In this document: positions 1 through 10,379 of the stretch, in pieces
Layout of the letters: each line of letters opens with the position of its first letter
Numbering within the stretch: the stretch's first letter is position 1
From: a virus
Virus record (IMG/VR): IMGVR_UViG_3300045988_169928
Location: 45,391-109,390 of that record
Strand: one strand, 5' to 3'
Length of the DNA stretch: 64,000 nt
The notes under the pieces: model-generated
The model's input: only the letters and a program-made list of their open reading frames with translations
What the model was told of the DNA's origin: nothing
Databases searched by the model: none
Program-made: the position numbers and the translations under genes

Positions 1-453
1 TCCTCGTACAATCATGGTAATAGAATAACGTACTAAAATTGGTTCTGAAACATCTTGGGTAAAAGAATAACCATTTGGACTAATTGCCACATCATACCAA
101 TAATCATCAGTATAGTTCCAAAATTCAAGATAGTGTAAACTAGACGTTGCGGGAGGTGCCATACGAGAATCTGTATATGCGGTAAGGAAAAGCCGTAACT
201 TTTTATAGTCCTCAAACCCTAAACCTTGACGCCAACCTGTTGTCCCAGAGATGGTAATTGTACGTTCCCCAGTACCTAGTTCCTGAACACTACCCCATTG
301 AGCAGTATTGATATAACTTGTTCGGGTTGCTACCTGTTCTTGGATATTTTGGGGATTGATAGCAAAATTAAAGGTATCAATTACATTCCCATTTACGTCA
401 ACTTGTTTAAACGCTACCCGACTTAATCTGTGGTAGCCATCTGCAATTGCCAT
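1..453 (-). CDS. phage tail/baseplate-region structural protein, 3' end truncated by window edge (start ATG at 453, strong RBS AAGGGGGG)
   Basis: Open minus-strand frame from 453 to the window edge: MAIADGYHRLSRVAFKQVDVNG... It is absent from the ORF track because no stop lies inside the window. It sits immediately downstream of the 1,493-aa tail protein in the same transcription unit. Confidence 0.55.
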   Translation of the reverse strand, partial: MAIADGYHRLSRVAFKQVDVNGNVIDTFNFAINPQNIQEQVATRTSYINTAQWGSVQELGTGERTITISGTTGWRQGLGFEDYKKLRLFLTAYTDSRMAPPATSSLHYLEFWNYTDDYWYDVAISPNGYSFTQDVSEPILVRYSITMIVRG

Positions 454-524
454 TTATTTTATCCCCCCTTATTCAAATTTAATATACGAAAAAGGGAACC
501 TATCAAGGCTCCCTTTATTAGTTA

Positions 525-3500
525 TTATGATACTTTCTTGCTTGGGTCGTATTGCAAGTAACAACTTAATTTACGCACTCTAGGCGTCCTGAAATTGTTA
601 GGACTTTGCAAGTATAACCTTACCTTGAATTGTGTTGCTAAGTGGTTTTGATCAGTTGCAGTCGGTACTACCGCCTCATATACATAACGGGTAAAGTAGT
701 TTGTCTGTGCCTTGGTACTGGTTGGTGTAGAACTGGTAGCATTAGTCTTAGTTGTAGTGCTTGAAGCTCCACCACCACTAGGAAAGTTATACCAAGTTGT
801 CCCACCATCAACTGAATACATTGGGTTGACTTGTGGTAAGGCAGTACCAACTTCTGGAATGTAGGCGTCATACTGGAGCTTTACATAATTGAAGGCGGCG
901 TCACCGCTTTCATCGACATTGATACTTTCATAACTAGCGGCCTTTCCAGTTAATACAGCCACTAATGATAAATCTTCTGTGGTTAAAACAGGTGCAATAT
1001 AGTCATCAGAATTAAAGTCGGCCTTTAGTTGCATTGCAAAGGTATTCTTAAAGGAGATTACCTCGCCATCTACCGTTTGAATGCTATCATCGCTAGTAAC
1101 CGCTGGAACCCCATCTGTACTTGTAGCCGAAGGCATAGCCTGATTATTGTTATTTACAGGCAACGCTAACCATGGACAGTTAGCTAAAGCAGTCGATACA
1201 CTAGCCCCTGTGTAAGTTGAAGAATCACCTTGCAATACCCGAATATACCAATTCATAGACGTGTTTTGGTAGGTTAAGTAAGAGGTTAGAGCGGCCAACC
1301 GATCTAAGGCAGTTAGCCGGTTCTTATTAGTAGAACTCTTACCATCAAGATTATCCCCTAAGTCCTTTATCCATGTTTCACTAGACTTAACCCAGTCAGC
1401 AATCACAATCGGGTCAAAGAGAATCTCGCCATTCTGTTGGTACTTACATACGTTAACCGCAAACTTAATTGAGCTTGTTCCATCAGCAGTCCAAGTTTGG
1501 GCGTTGTTAGAAATAAACATTACCCCATTTGAGTTTGGTGCCGAGGTTAAAGTATCACCAACAGATACGGTAACTGTATTGGAAATCTGGACATTCTTAC
1601 CAGTAGCATTCGGGTCTTTGTTACTGATTGCATTCGGGTTAGTGTTGTAAACCGTAGCACTGGTTCCGGCGCTAACAACCTTTTGACCCTTGGTTGCCGA
1701 GAACACTTCATAAGCATTACTATCAGAAATCAAGACGATCGCATAACCCCGATTACCAGTCAAAGTAACTGAATCGGTAAATGTTACTCGAGTACCTAAA
1801 CTCCCATCATCGGAAACTTGAATCTGATCTGGCGTTAATGTAACACTAGTCCGAACCACGTTGTTAGGATAACCATCATCTGACAATTCCCGAATTTGAA
1901 CAATTAAATCAGAAGTGTGAGCAGTGTCACTCTTATCAGCCTTCTTATAGAAGTAGAGGTCAACAGAGGATAATTGCCGAGTTTCACCAATGGTAAATGA
2001 TTGGGCCAACGGGTCAACAATATCAACTGAATATACCCGCTTTTCAATGATATTTTCAGTTGTCTTTAAAGTACCTTGGGCAATGTAGTTGGTGCTTGCC
2101 TGATCGTTGGCATTATCAATAATCTTAACCGTCCGAGTACCACAACGAATTACCCCACCCGGAATCGTAAAGGTACCACGGATTTCACCATTAGCATTAG
2201 TCTTAAAGGCTCCATTAGTACCTTTATAATCATCACTAGCAGGCGTTGGGTCAAGAACCGCTACCCCATCAATGGTGATCTTATATCCATCGGAAAAGGC
2301 CGGTAAGTTTTGAGCCACAAATGAAATGGTTCGTTGCCGAATATACTCAATGGCACTTTCAGTAGTGGTAGACCCACCATCGGTTAGCATATACCCGGTC
2401 TGTTGACCTTCGTTTATCCAATTAATACCTTGTAAGTTAGAGTATTGGTACTGTTGGCTAATAGCGTCAGCATAAGATTGTGTTTTACCCGTCCGTCCGA
2501 CAGCTAAATCCCCATTAGTATGGTACCACCACTTATTAAGGCTAACCTTACCAGCATCAGTTTCCCGAGTAACAGTAGTAGAATCTGTATCAATCCAATT
2601 ATCACTAGCTGGGTCAATTGTTAAAGTCCCATTAGCACTAAAGATATTAAATTCGTTAACATTGGTTGTCCCAGTTGAAATTGGCTGATTAATTGCCACT
2701 TCTTCATGATATGGTGGGGTAACTAATGACCCCTTAATTGCTACTTGTGAACTGTCAAAGTTAACATTAGGAGTTAAGTCAGCCATTGCTTGGCTAGGTA
2801 ATAGGATTTCACCATTTTCAAAGTCATAAGCAACCGTAGAATTTTCATCGTCCCGGTTATTAATCGTGTTAAAGCTATCAGAAAGAACATCTTTCATCAA
2901 GCTAGGATCTTCCGACCGAGCAACCGTTTGGTTCATGTTAGCAATTGCTAAATTGTATTCGGTGTTAGTTAGCCGGCGTCCCCATTGTTGTAGTGTTTCA
3001 AAGGTTTGTCGAGTTACAGTCTGCATAGTAAAGACTGCATTGTGGGAGTTAGGATAGATTAATACATAACCTAATTCCAAGGTATACGGGTCATTAACCA
3101 CAGGTGGAGTAACTGACGCAAGTGGGGCCGGTTGCCCTTCGATAACCTTGAATGGATTTGAGTTATCCATTGTAATCCTAATCATATCAATTCGTGCTTC
3201 AAAGTACACATAAGATACAATGATAGTCGAACCAGCTACCGGCTTAGCCCCATTTGAATCATCAATATCAATATACGTAGTTCCACCATCTGAAACCACA
3301 GTATAATCAGTACCTTGAACTGCATTAGTTGAATAGTCATAAACTACTGTATAGGACTGACCTTGATTAGGAACATTAGCACCAGCCAAAGGCTTACCAG
3401 AAAGATCTTGACCCCAGTGAATAACGTTGTTAACGTAGGTAAAATCTACACCTGCTGTATATTGGTTGGTGTTATCATAAACCTGACGAATATAGGTAAC

Positions 3501-5006
3501 ATTATCCGGGGTAAACGTATCTAGATTGCCACCACCAACAGGGCGAGTATAGGTTACTGTTTTACGTGAAGTAAAGCTAACCCCATTAACCACCTTAACA
3601 GGTTGGTTAATCAGCTCATACTTACTACCGTCACCCTTATAGTAGTGACCTTCATTGGTAGTAGTTCCTGTATCGTTAGCAATTCGTACCCTTAAATTAG
3701 TTGTCGAATCAGTGGCAATCGAATAACCTTGAACATATGCTTGACCCTTATCTACATCTAACAAAATCTTGTTAGCGTCCATTGGGTCTTGAGCACCCTT
3801 AGTTGAATCAGAGTTTAAGTGAGGGTGAACCTCAAAGCCTTCTGTTCGGAAAGACCCTGACTGGTCATAAGTCCGCTTAGCTAAAATCTTGGTGATATTA
3901 GTGTAGTCTGGACGAACCTCACTTTGGTTAATAACGTTATCTTGGAATACAACGAAGTCAACGGCTGAATTATCATTATAGGTTAATACCACTTGATAAT
4001 TCAAACGGTCAGCCCCAGCTAAACCATTAGTAACCGTACCCGGGGTATCATCTAATAAATCCTTATCATCGGCACTAGTAACAATCGTTTCATTTAATGC
4101 TAAACCAATTGTTTCCTTACCAGTCCCGGTAATGGAAAATGTTTGTTCATCAAATTCACGAACTAGCCCACCTAACCATACTCGACCAGCGGTAACTTTG
4201 TAATTCTTAACCTTCTCTGTGCTAGAAGCAGTGGTTGTGTCCTTACTAGAAATTACATAAGGCTTTTCGGTTGTTCCTTCCACAACCATTGGGTTATTAA
4301 TTACAACCCCTACAATGGAATTTGAGTTGTCATACCCCGCATTAATATATAATGCTAAGTCTGTATTACCAGAAATCAGGGTATCGAACACAACAACCAC
4401 TTTGTGTGCAGTAGTAGTATTAATGTTTACCTGATTATTATTTGAATCAATGTTGTAGTTCGCACTCGCCATATCTGTTAATGACGAATTAAGCATTGCT
4501 ACTCCATCAAGTGTCCACTTCTTTAAAGTAAGTTGAGAACTATCAAAGTCCAGATTTAACTTATCTAGAATACCCGTAGTCTTGGTAACGTTAAGGGCAA
4601 TAGTTAGACCTAAGCCCTTAGTAACATTAACACTGAAACCCATTGCTGATTGGTCTGTGCTAACGTTAGCCGCACTGGTAAAGTTAATGTTACCCTTAGC
4701 TACATAATCAGTCGTAGAAAGGGTTGCATTAGTAGCACTAAGAGTGGCGACACTAAATAGGTTTTGACTATTACTGGTAGAAGAAGCCGTAGTAGCTACC
4801 GGTACCACCTGCATACCAGAAACTACCGCACCCTCGGCAAACACGGTTGATCCTAGCATATTTAACTGGTCATTTTTAATTGATTGTTCTTCTAATAACT
4901 CTTGGGAAAGGGCGGGGCGTCCCGGACGAAATAGCACCTCGCTAAAACGCTTTGCCCGATTAAATTTATTATTGTAAGGCAAAACGCTTGTATCAATTGT
5001 TGCCAT
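525..5006 (-). CDS. large tail structural protein (1,493 aa), candidate tail fibre / host-specificity or baseplate protein
   Basis: Long uninterrupted ORF directly downstream of the tape measure gene. S/T/N/G-rich beta-rich composition typical of fibre or adhesin proteins. No catalytic motif recognised. Confidence 0.55.
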   Translation of the reverse strand: MATIDTSVLPYNNKFNRAKRFSEVLFRPGRPALSQELLEEQSIKNDQLNMLGSTVFAEGAVVSGMQVVPVATTASSTSNSQNLFSVATLSATNATLSTTDYVAKGNINFTSAANVSTDQSAMGFSVNVTKGLGLTIALNVTKTTGILDKLNLDFDSSQLTLKKWTLDGVAMLNSSLTDMASANYNIDSNNNQVNINTTTAHKVVVVFDTLISGNTDLALYINAGYDNSNSIVGVVINNPMVVEGTTEKPYVISSKDTTTASSTEKVKNYKVTAGRVWLGGLVREFDEQTFSITGTGKETIGLALNETIVTSADDKDLLDDTPGTVTNGLAGADRLNYQVVLTYNDNSAVDFVVFQDNVINQSEVRPDYTNITKILAKRTYDQSGSFRTEGFEVHPHLNSDSTKGAQDPMDANKILLDVDKGQAYVQGYSIATDSTTNLRVRIANDTGTTTNEGHYYKGDGSKYELINQPVKVVNGVSFTSRKTVTYTRPVGGGNLDTFTPDNVTYIRQVYDNTNQYTAGVDFTYVNNVIHWGQDLSGKPLAGANVPNQGQSYTVVYDYSTNAVQGTDYTVVSDGGTTYIDIDDSNGAKPVAGSTIIVSYVYFEARIDMIRITMDNSNPFKVIEGQPAPLASVTPPVVNDPYTLELGYVLIYPNSHNAVFTMQTVTRQTFETLQQWGRRLTNTEYNLAIANMNQTVARSEDPSLMKDVLSDSFNTINNRDDENSTVAYDFENGEILLPSQAMADLTPNVNFDSSQVAIKGSLVTPPYHEEVAINQPISTGTTNVNEFNIFSANGTLTIDPASDNWIDTDSTTVTRETDAGKVSLNKWWYHTNGDLAVGRTGKTQSYADAISQQYQYSNLQGINWINEGQQTGYMLTDGGSTTTESAIEYIRQRTISFVAQNLPAFSDGYKITIDGVAVLDPTPASDDYKGTNGAFKTNANGEIRGTFTIPGGVIRCGTRTVKIIDNANDQASTNYIAQGTLKTTENIIEKRVYSVDIVDPLAQSFTIGETRQLSSVDLYFYKKADKSDTAHTSDLIVQIRELSDDGYPNNVVRTSVTLTPDQIQVSDDGSLGTRVTFTDSVTLTGNRGYAIVLISDSNAYEVFSATKGQKVVSAGTSATVYNTNPNAISNKDPNATGKNVQISNTVTVSVGDTLTSAPNSNGVMFISNNAQTWTADGTSSIKFAVNVCKYQQNGEILFDPIVIADWVKSSETWIKDLGDNLDGKSSTNKNRLTALDRLAALTSYLTYQNTSMNWYIRVLQGDSSTYTGASVSTALANCPWLALPVNNNNQAMPSATSTDGVPAVTSDDSIQTVDGEVISFKNTFAMQLKADFNSDDYIAPVLTTEDLSLVAVLTGKAASYESINVDESGDAAFNYVKLQYDAYIPEVGTALPQVNPMYSVDGGTTWYNFPSGGGASSTTTKTNATSSTPTSTKAQTNYFTRYVYEAVVPTATDQNHLATQFKVRLYLQSPNNFRTPRVRKLSCYLQYDPSKKVS

Positions 5007-5050
5007 TAATTTTAGTCCTTTCTATAAGGTTTGTTCTACTTTAATATAGT

Positions 5051-5395
5051 CTAGTGTTCCTCATTGACTACTTGTAGTTCTTCTTGATCGGTCTTTTTTC
5101 CATACTCAAAAATCTTCTTGGGGTTAAAGCCGTCCCAATAATCAATAGGGTTGTTATCCTTGTCCACAACCTTAACTACCGGGAATGACATTGCATTATA
5201 ACGGGTCTTTAACTTATCTACCAAGTGTTCCCGATAAGCAACCTTGTCCGGGTCATCAGTCGTGAAATCAGCTAGATTAGGCTTTGATTCATCACCATAG
5301 TAGTTAGTAGCAACAGCGGACTTCATGCCCCGCAACAGGGCCATCGTACGCATACAATTAGAACAGTCTGTCTTTTCATAGATTACAAAGTGCAT
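5051..5395 (-). CDS. glutaredoxin/NrdH-like thioredoxin-fold protein
   Basis: N-terminal FVIYEKTDCSNCMRTMALLRG (CxxC in the canonical position after beta1). A later FPVVKVVD resembles the cis-Pro loop region. Confidence 0.5.
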   Translation of the reverse strand: MHFVIYEKTDCSNCMRTMALLRGMKSAVATNYYGDESKPNLADFTTDDPDKVAYREHLVDKLKTRYNAMSFPVVKVVDKDNNPIDYWDGFNPKKIFEYGKKTDQEELQVVNEEH

Positions 5396-5407
5396 TCTAG
5401 TTCCTCC

Positions 5408-8400
5408 TTAATGTGAGTAGTAGTCTAACATTATCTGTTGTTGGCTATTATTAACCCACGCATTAAATGTATCGTTAATGATACTATCTATAATATCATT
5501 TTTATTCCGGCTTTGAACGGCTTGTGACGTATCTATTTTAACTTTTATTTTCGGAGCATTTCTCTTTACCCTATGAACAACGCTATTAGCTTGGTTAAGG
5601 GTTGTGTAACGAGTCTGCAAAGCCCTCAAGTCAAGCACAGATACTGGGGCACTTTCTCGGCTAGTACACATACCTTGAATAGGGCCTGTCATACTCCCCC
5701 CGGTAGCATGAGTTACTAAGCCCCCATTAGCATAACCTCGGGTAGGGCCAGAAGGCGACCAACCAGCGTGACCATAGAGATAGCTGGCCCAGTTAGCAAT
5801 GTTAAAGAAAGCATAAAGTTGATCAACCCCGGAAAGGATATTATCGTGACCCTTAACTTTATACTTGTTAAAGGTTCCTTGAATCATCTGTAATAGCCCT
5901 TTAGCCGGGTCACCATTAGCTGAATTAACATCTTGAATTTGTTGAGTAATTGTTTGATCATAGTTTGATTCACCAGCAATTAACTTCATTAAGTTTTCTA
6001 GCTGTGAATCACTAATGTCAACCCCCATTGCCTTAGCAACTTCCTTGGCCTTCTTTAACCAGTATTCCTTTGACTTAGTTGCCCCATCATTGGAAACGTC
6101 ACCAGCAGTCTTAGAATCACTTGAACCATTCTTGGCCGCATTCTTAACTTTCTTATATATCTCGTTGAACCACATTCTCAAATGTTTAATTAATTGCTTT
6201 TGAGAAGCATTAACATCTTTGTGTTTAACACGATATACGCCTAGCTCGGACAGAAAATGTAAAATCCCGTCCTTAATACTAGTAAGAATACTTTTATGCT
6301 TAGCTGACTTTTTACGTGGTGTATATGCTTGACTATTTTGTGTACGTGATTGTGTACGTGATTGTGTACTGGTCATCTTGGCTTTGTTATCCTTGTCTTT
6401 GGTACTTGCCTTAGCATTGCCTGACATTAATAACAAACCAGTTCCAATCCCAACCCCTATACCAACAATGGTACCAACTTTACCTGTCTTAGGCATTTTA
6501 GACAGAACCGAAAGCCCAGATTTAGCAACACTCTTTATACCAGCCCCCATTGTCGCCATTGTACCACCTTCAATAGCGGCATTGATAATACCATCACCAG
6601 CTCCCATCAAGGCACTTCCACCAATAATTCCCATTGCACCTATCTTTGGGTGAGAATTGACAAAAGAACTTAGATTACGTCTTAAACCATCTAGTGATTG
6701 GGACGCTTTAATTTGTGATGATTGAATTGCTTGCTGTTGGGAGCGAATGGAGCTAGTACCAGTCTTATGATACTTCTTACTATTTACCCCTTTACCTTTA
6801 GTCTGTTTCTTAACGTTAGCACGGGTAAACTTGCCATCAGCATACAACTTGACTAATGAATTAGCCTGTTCATATGATAGTGAGTTTCCAGACAAAGTTA
6901 CCAAGTTTTGAGTAGTAACTGCAATTGCCCCGGACTTGCTACTGGTTTGCTGTCTAGCAGTCCGATATAAGTTACCAATAGGTGTCTTGTATAGATAAGG
7001 GTCTGACTTAGCCCGTTGTGCAGTCTTTAAGGCTACCATATTACCGGATTGATTATACCCAGTAAAGTTCTTGTTATCTAACCATAATGATAACTGTTGG
7101 TTTTGGTTATTAGCATTATTAGATACATTAGCTAAACCAGAATAGGCTTGGGCACCCGCACTACCTTGCCAAGAAGAACCAGTCTTACTCATCATTGACT
7201 GGAAACCAGCAATATTAATCTGATCATTAGTGGTCAACTTACCACTAGTTGCCGCTGTCTGATACATACTAGATAAGGCTTTTAATTGGGAATCAGCCTT
7301 CGCACTAGTATGAGAATTGGTTAAGCTATTCTGAATTGCGTCTGCTAAACGTTCACTATCACTTGCTGACAAGCCTTGCGTATTAGTAAGCCCAGCCACA
7401 CCTAATAAATTAACAACTGTATCGTTACTTGCCCCGTTTGTAAGAGCCAAAGCTCCCCAAGTGTTAGTAAGACGAGAAATAGACTTGTTTGATAAATTAC
7501 CTTTACCAGTATTGCGAGTATACGCCCCTAAATAAGCTGAACTTTCTGATAAGTCCATTCCTAACTTATTATTACCCAAGGTGTTGACAATGCTGTTATC
7601 ACCACCGCCCCGTGCATACATAGCACCGGCAATATTGTTAAAGTTAGTAAGACGGGCATTACTACCTTGTGATACATAATAAGGGCCAGCAATTAAAGCG
7701 GTTCTAACTGCTTGACGAATTAAGAAAGAATGGTGATTGTGGATATACCCAGCAATAGAATCATTGCTAGGTAATACCTTAATGGTATCTTTGGTATCAG
7801 TATTATTAGTAACATTATCAATACTGGTCTTAGCGTGAATTGCTTCACCAGTCCTAGTAACCGCTTCTTGAGCTTGAGTTAGCCGATTAGACAACTCATC
7901 TAGATACTTACCACTCTTTGATAAGTTATTTAATTGCTCCCTAATTCCTGCTAGGGTGTTTACATCATCGACACTTAAACTATCTTGGCCCTTAATTTGA
8001 TCTTGTCGAGAACTTAATTCGTCAATCTGGGATTGAATGTTATTCCGTTGATCAGTTACTTGGCTATCTAAATCAGTTATTTTTTCTCGGGTATACTGAT
8101 TATTTGATACATACTCCTGATACTTTTGGTAAGTAACAACCCCAGAATCGACACTCTGATTCCAACGATTAGATTGAGTTGTTGATCTTAAAACGATATT
8201 CTTAACTTCTTTACCTAATTCAGAATTAACAAAATCGTTGGCTTGTTGTTGATCAGCATACTCTGAACTCTGATATACCTTTGATGAAGATAGATTAAAT
8301 GACTGAATATCTTGATATTTATCACTGTTGGCTAAGGAATTAATTTGACCAATTCCTTGGGTAGCTTTATCTAAGGCGTCAACCAATTGTTGATAAGCCT

Positions 8401-8644
8401 GTCGGTTATAAAGGGTGGTACTATTTAATTCACCCTCAAGGTTATCTTGTTGTTCCTTGAGTTGGTTAAGTGCGTCTACTAGATCACGTTGTAAATTCGT
8501 AGACCGCTTATTAGAGATTGTATTATTGTTGTTAACCCCGGATTTATAAACCCGGTCAATTTCTTTCTCAAGCTGTTTAACTCGTTTTTGTAAAGGAACA
8601 GCAGTCCCACTTGCCAGCTTTAATGTTAAATCATATTCAGTCAT
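5408..8644 (-). CDS. tail tape measure protein with C-terminal lytic-transglycosylase-like segment
   Basis: 1,079 aa (the track ORF extends to 8662; ATG at 8644 has RBS AGGTGGTGA). Low-complexity Q/N/S/T-rich coiled regions. Glycine-rich TM stretch GIGVGIGTGLLLMSG. AGESNYDQ...GLLQMIQGTF resembles the SLT catalytic region. Preceded by a chaperone pair. Confidence 0.8.
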   Translation of the reverse strand: MTEYDLTLKLASGTAVPLQKRVKQLEKEIDRVYKSGVNNNNTISNKRSTNLQRDLVDALNQLKEQQDNLEGELNSTTLYNRQAYQQLVDALDKATQGIGQINSLANSDKYQDIQSFNLSSSKVYQSSEYADQQQANDFVNSELGKEVKNIVLRSTTQSNRWNQSVDSGVVTYQKYQEYVSNNQYTREKITDLDSQVTDQRNNIQSQIDELSSRQDQIKGQDSLSVDDVNTLAGIREQLNNLSKSGKYLDELSNRLTQAQEAVTRTGEAIHAKTSIDNVTNNTDTKDTIKVLPSNDSIAGYIHNHHSFLIRQAVRTALIAGPYYVSQGSNARLTNFNNIAGAMYARGGGDNSIVNTLGNNKLGMDLSESSAYLGAYTRNTGKGNLSNKSISRLTNTWGALALTNGASNDTVVNLLGVAGLTNTQGLSASDSERLADAIQNSLTNSHTSAKADSQLKALSSMYQTAATSGKLTTNDQINIAGFQSMMSKTGSSWQGSAGAQAYSGLANVSNNANNQNQQLSLWLDNKNFTGYNQSGNMVALKTAQRAKSDPYLYKTPIGNLYRTARQQTSSKSGAIAVTTQNLVTLSGNSLSYEQANSLVKLYADGKFTRANVKKQTKGKGVNSKKYHKTGTSSIRSQQQAIQSSQIKASQSLDGLRRNLSSFVNSHPKIGAMGIIGGSALMGAGDGIINAAIEGGTMATMGAGIKSVAKSGLSVLSKMPKTGKVGTIVGIGVGIGTGLLLMSGNAKASTKDKDNKAKMTSTQSRTQSRTQNSQAYTPRKKSAKHKSILTSIKDGILHFLSELGVYRVKHKDVNASQKQLIKHLRMWFNEIYKKVKNAAKNGSSDSKTAGDVSNDGATKSKEYWLKKAKEVAKAMGVDISDSQLENLMKLIAGESNYDQTITQQIQDVNSANGDPAKGLLQMIQGTFNKYKVKGHDNILSGVDQLYAFFNIANWASYLYGHAGWSPSGPTRGYANGGLVTHATGGSMTGPIQGMCTSRESAPVSVLDLRALQTRYTTLNQANSVVHRVKRNAPKIKVKIDTSQAVQSRNKNDIIDSIINDTFNAWVNNSQQQIMLDYYSH

Positions 8645-8700
8645 TATTTCACCACCTATCAATCGTAATATACAAGAAAAGACCTACTTTTCGGTAGGTC

Positions 8701-9315
8701 TTAATCATTATCTTGATACTGTTTAGAATCTTTAAGAATGTCGTCCCAATTCTGTTGAATCTGTTGGTGGGCACTTTCTTGTTTCTTTTGATGTTCATAC
8801 AGGGCAGTATTGATCTTTTCAGTAATTTCTTTATCATACTGTGATAAGTCCTTAGCTTGCATACCAGCATTAATATCTGTCTTTTGCTTTAATTGTAAGG
8901 ACTGTTGATAAAGTTTATCTAGATCTTCATCACCCTCAAGAAGATCTTCTTCCTTGTTAGAATAGAACTTCTTTTCAAAACTATCATCAGAGTACGAAGC
9001 CGTTTCTTCCATACCCTTAGCGGCCAATTCTTGTTCATGAACGTCCTCATTCATAGACTGAATGATAAATTCACGCTGTGCATAGGTTAATGACCTAAGT
9101 TTAGGGTCATTAGGAAGAACCCTAAAAAATTTCATGATTGCCCACAAGTTACGACCAGAAACTGACTTAACTAGTGGTTCAATCCCACCAACCTTATTGA
9201 TTGCGGGACTAACTAATGGGTTGTAATTCTCAACTTCATCATCTTTATTGTGCTTGGGTGTCCAGAAAGGAGTATAACCATTCTTGATAGTCCCCCCATA
9301 CTTGGAATAACACAT
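8701..9315 (-). CDS. tail assembly chaperone, downstream (T-like) frame
   Basis: 204-aa acidic ORF overlapping the upstream chaperone-like ORF by 71 nt in another frame, immediately before the tape measure gene. This is the classical G/GT arrangement. Confidence 0.45.
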   Translation of the reverse strand: MCYSKYGGTIKNGYTPFWTPKHNKDDEVENYNPLVSPAINKVGGIEPLVKSVSGRNLWAIMKFFRVLPNDPKLRSLTYAQREFIIQSMNEDVHEQELAAKGMEETASYSDDSFEKKFYSNKEEDLLEGDEDLDKLYQQSLQLKQKTDINAGMQAKDLSQYDKEITEKINTALYEHQKKQESAHQQIQQNWDDILKDSKQYQDND

Positions 9316-9889
9316 CTGTCCGATAAGTGTTATCTAAATTAGTAAACCATACAGGGACATTATCACCAACTACTTGGAAGTAGGCAATAGCTAGGAATAA
9401 ATCCTTTGCATTAGCTAGGAAGCCATCACCTAAACCATTAGTCAACTCAACGTAATTTCCTTGAATCTTGGCCTGTTCTGCTACGCTCGGTGCGTGCATT
9501 TTAACCACAATCTTCTTTTGCTTAGTTCCATTGGTAGGGGAACTAACATCATAAGTATATTCCTTGACAAAATGATAAGCGTCATTCGAGCTAGTAATAT
9601 CAGCTAATGCTTCTTGTTCCTTGGAATAACGCTTAGAACTATTCTTAGCGTCAAGCTGATCAGTTAAATCAGCATTTTCTTCCTTGGCCTTCTTTAACTG
9701 TTCCTCTAATTGCTTAACTCGTAAATCCGTGTCTACCGGAGTATCTTTCTTCTCAACCTTCTTTTCTTCCTCTTTAGGAGCCGTTCCACCTACTGGTGCC
9801 CGACCCGTCCGCTTAGCAATTTCAGCTTGCTGACGTTCCTTCTCCCGCATTTCCTTTAGAATCTGTTCTCGTTGTTGACTTGTTGCCAT
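9245..9889 (-). CDS. tail assembly chaperone (G-like), N-terminal coiled-coil
   Basis: Position immediately upstream of the tape measure gene. Its 3' end overlaps the next ORF. A G6 run lies in the overlap (plus-strand C6 at 9291-9296). Confidence 0.45.
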   Translation of the reverse strand: MATSQQREQILKEMREKERQQAEIAKRTGRAPVGGTAPKEEEKKVEKKDTPVDTDLRVKQLEEQLKKAKEENADLTDQLDAKNSSKRYSKEQEALADITSSNDAYHFVKEYTYDVSSPTNGTKQKKIVVKMHAPSVAEQAKIQGNYVELTNGLGDGFLANAKDLFLAIAYFQVVGDNVPVWFTNLDNTYRTDVLFQVWGDYQEWLYSFLDTQAQ

Positions 9890-10147
9890 CTAATCTTCAC
9901 CTCGTTGTTTCCTGATACTTGTATCAAGTTTTCTGATTTCCTTAATTATATCATCTAAAGGTAAACCAGAAACCTTAGCCAAAGCATAATAGAACCTTAC
10001 AGACTTATTATAAATATTTCCTTGATAAGCAAGGTCAGAATTTAAAACATTAAGAGGTACTTTAAGAATCTTTGCAAACTGTTCTTTGTCAATATCATGA
10101 TTCTTAACATACATACCAATTGCGTTTAATCGATCTGGACTAACCAT
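9890..10147 (-). CDS. small helix-turn-helix DNA-binding protein
   Basis: 85 aa. DIDKEQFAKILKVPLNVLNSDLAYQ resembles an XRE-type HTH. Start abuts the stop of the upstream XRE gene. Confidence 0.4.
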   Translation of the reverse strand: MVSPDRLNAIGMYVKNHDIDKEQFAKILKVPLNVLNSDLAYQGNIYNKSVRFYYALAKVSGLPLDDIIKEIRKLDTSIRKQRGED

Positions 10148-10154
10148 AGTATCA

Positions 10155-10379
10155 TTACTTCCCTTCTTCTAACTTTAAGCATTCTTTCATTACTTCGCCT
10201 GTCGTTTTGTTGACAAACTTAGCAAGGCTTTCCATATGGCAAAAACGGATATTACCAAACTTAGAATGAGCACGGTAATTAACTGACTGCTTGAACACAC
10301 CCTCAAATTCAGCTAGTTTCACCTGACTAATTCCGTGCTTCTTGAGATACTTTCCATAACCGTTTAACAATTTAATCAC
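10155..10379 (-). CDS. XRE-family HTH transcriptional regulator
   Basis: GISQVKLAEFEGVFKQSVNYRAHSKFGNI matches the Cro/C1-type HTH pattern. Divergent from the plus-strand cassette starting at 10485. Confidence 0.6.
   Translation of the reverse strand: MIKLLNGYGKYLKKHGISQVKLAEFEGVFKQSVNYRAHSKFGNIRFCHMESLAKFVNKTTGEVMKECLKLEEGK

Noticed and set aside
33-215. 60-aa minus-strand ORF from the track
   Set aside because: Lies in another frame inside the longer open frame 1-453 (minus), which has a strong RBS and continues off the window edge. Treated as a spurious overlapping frame.
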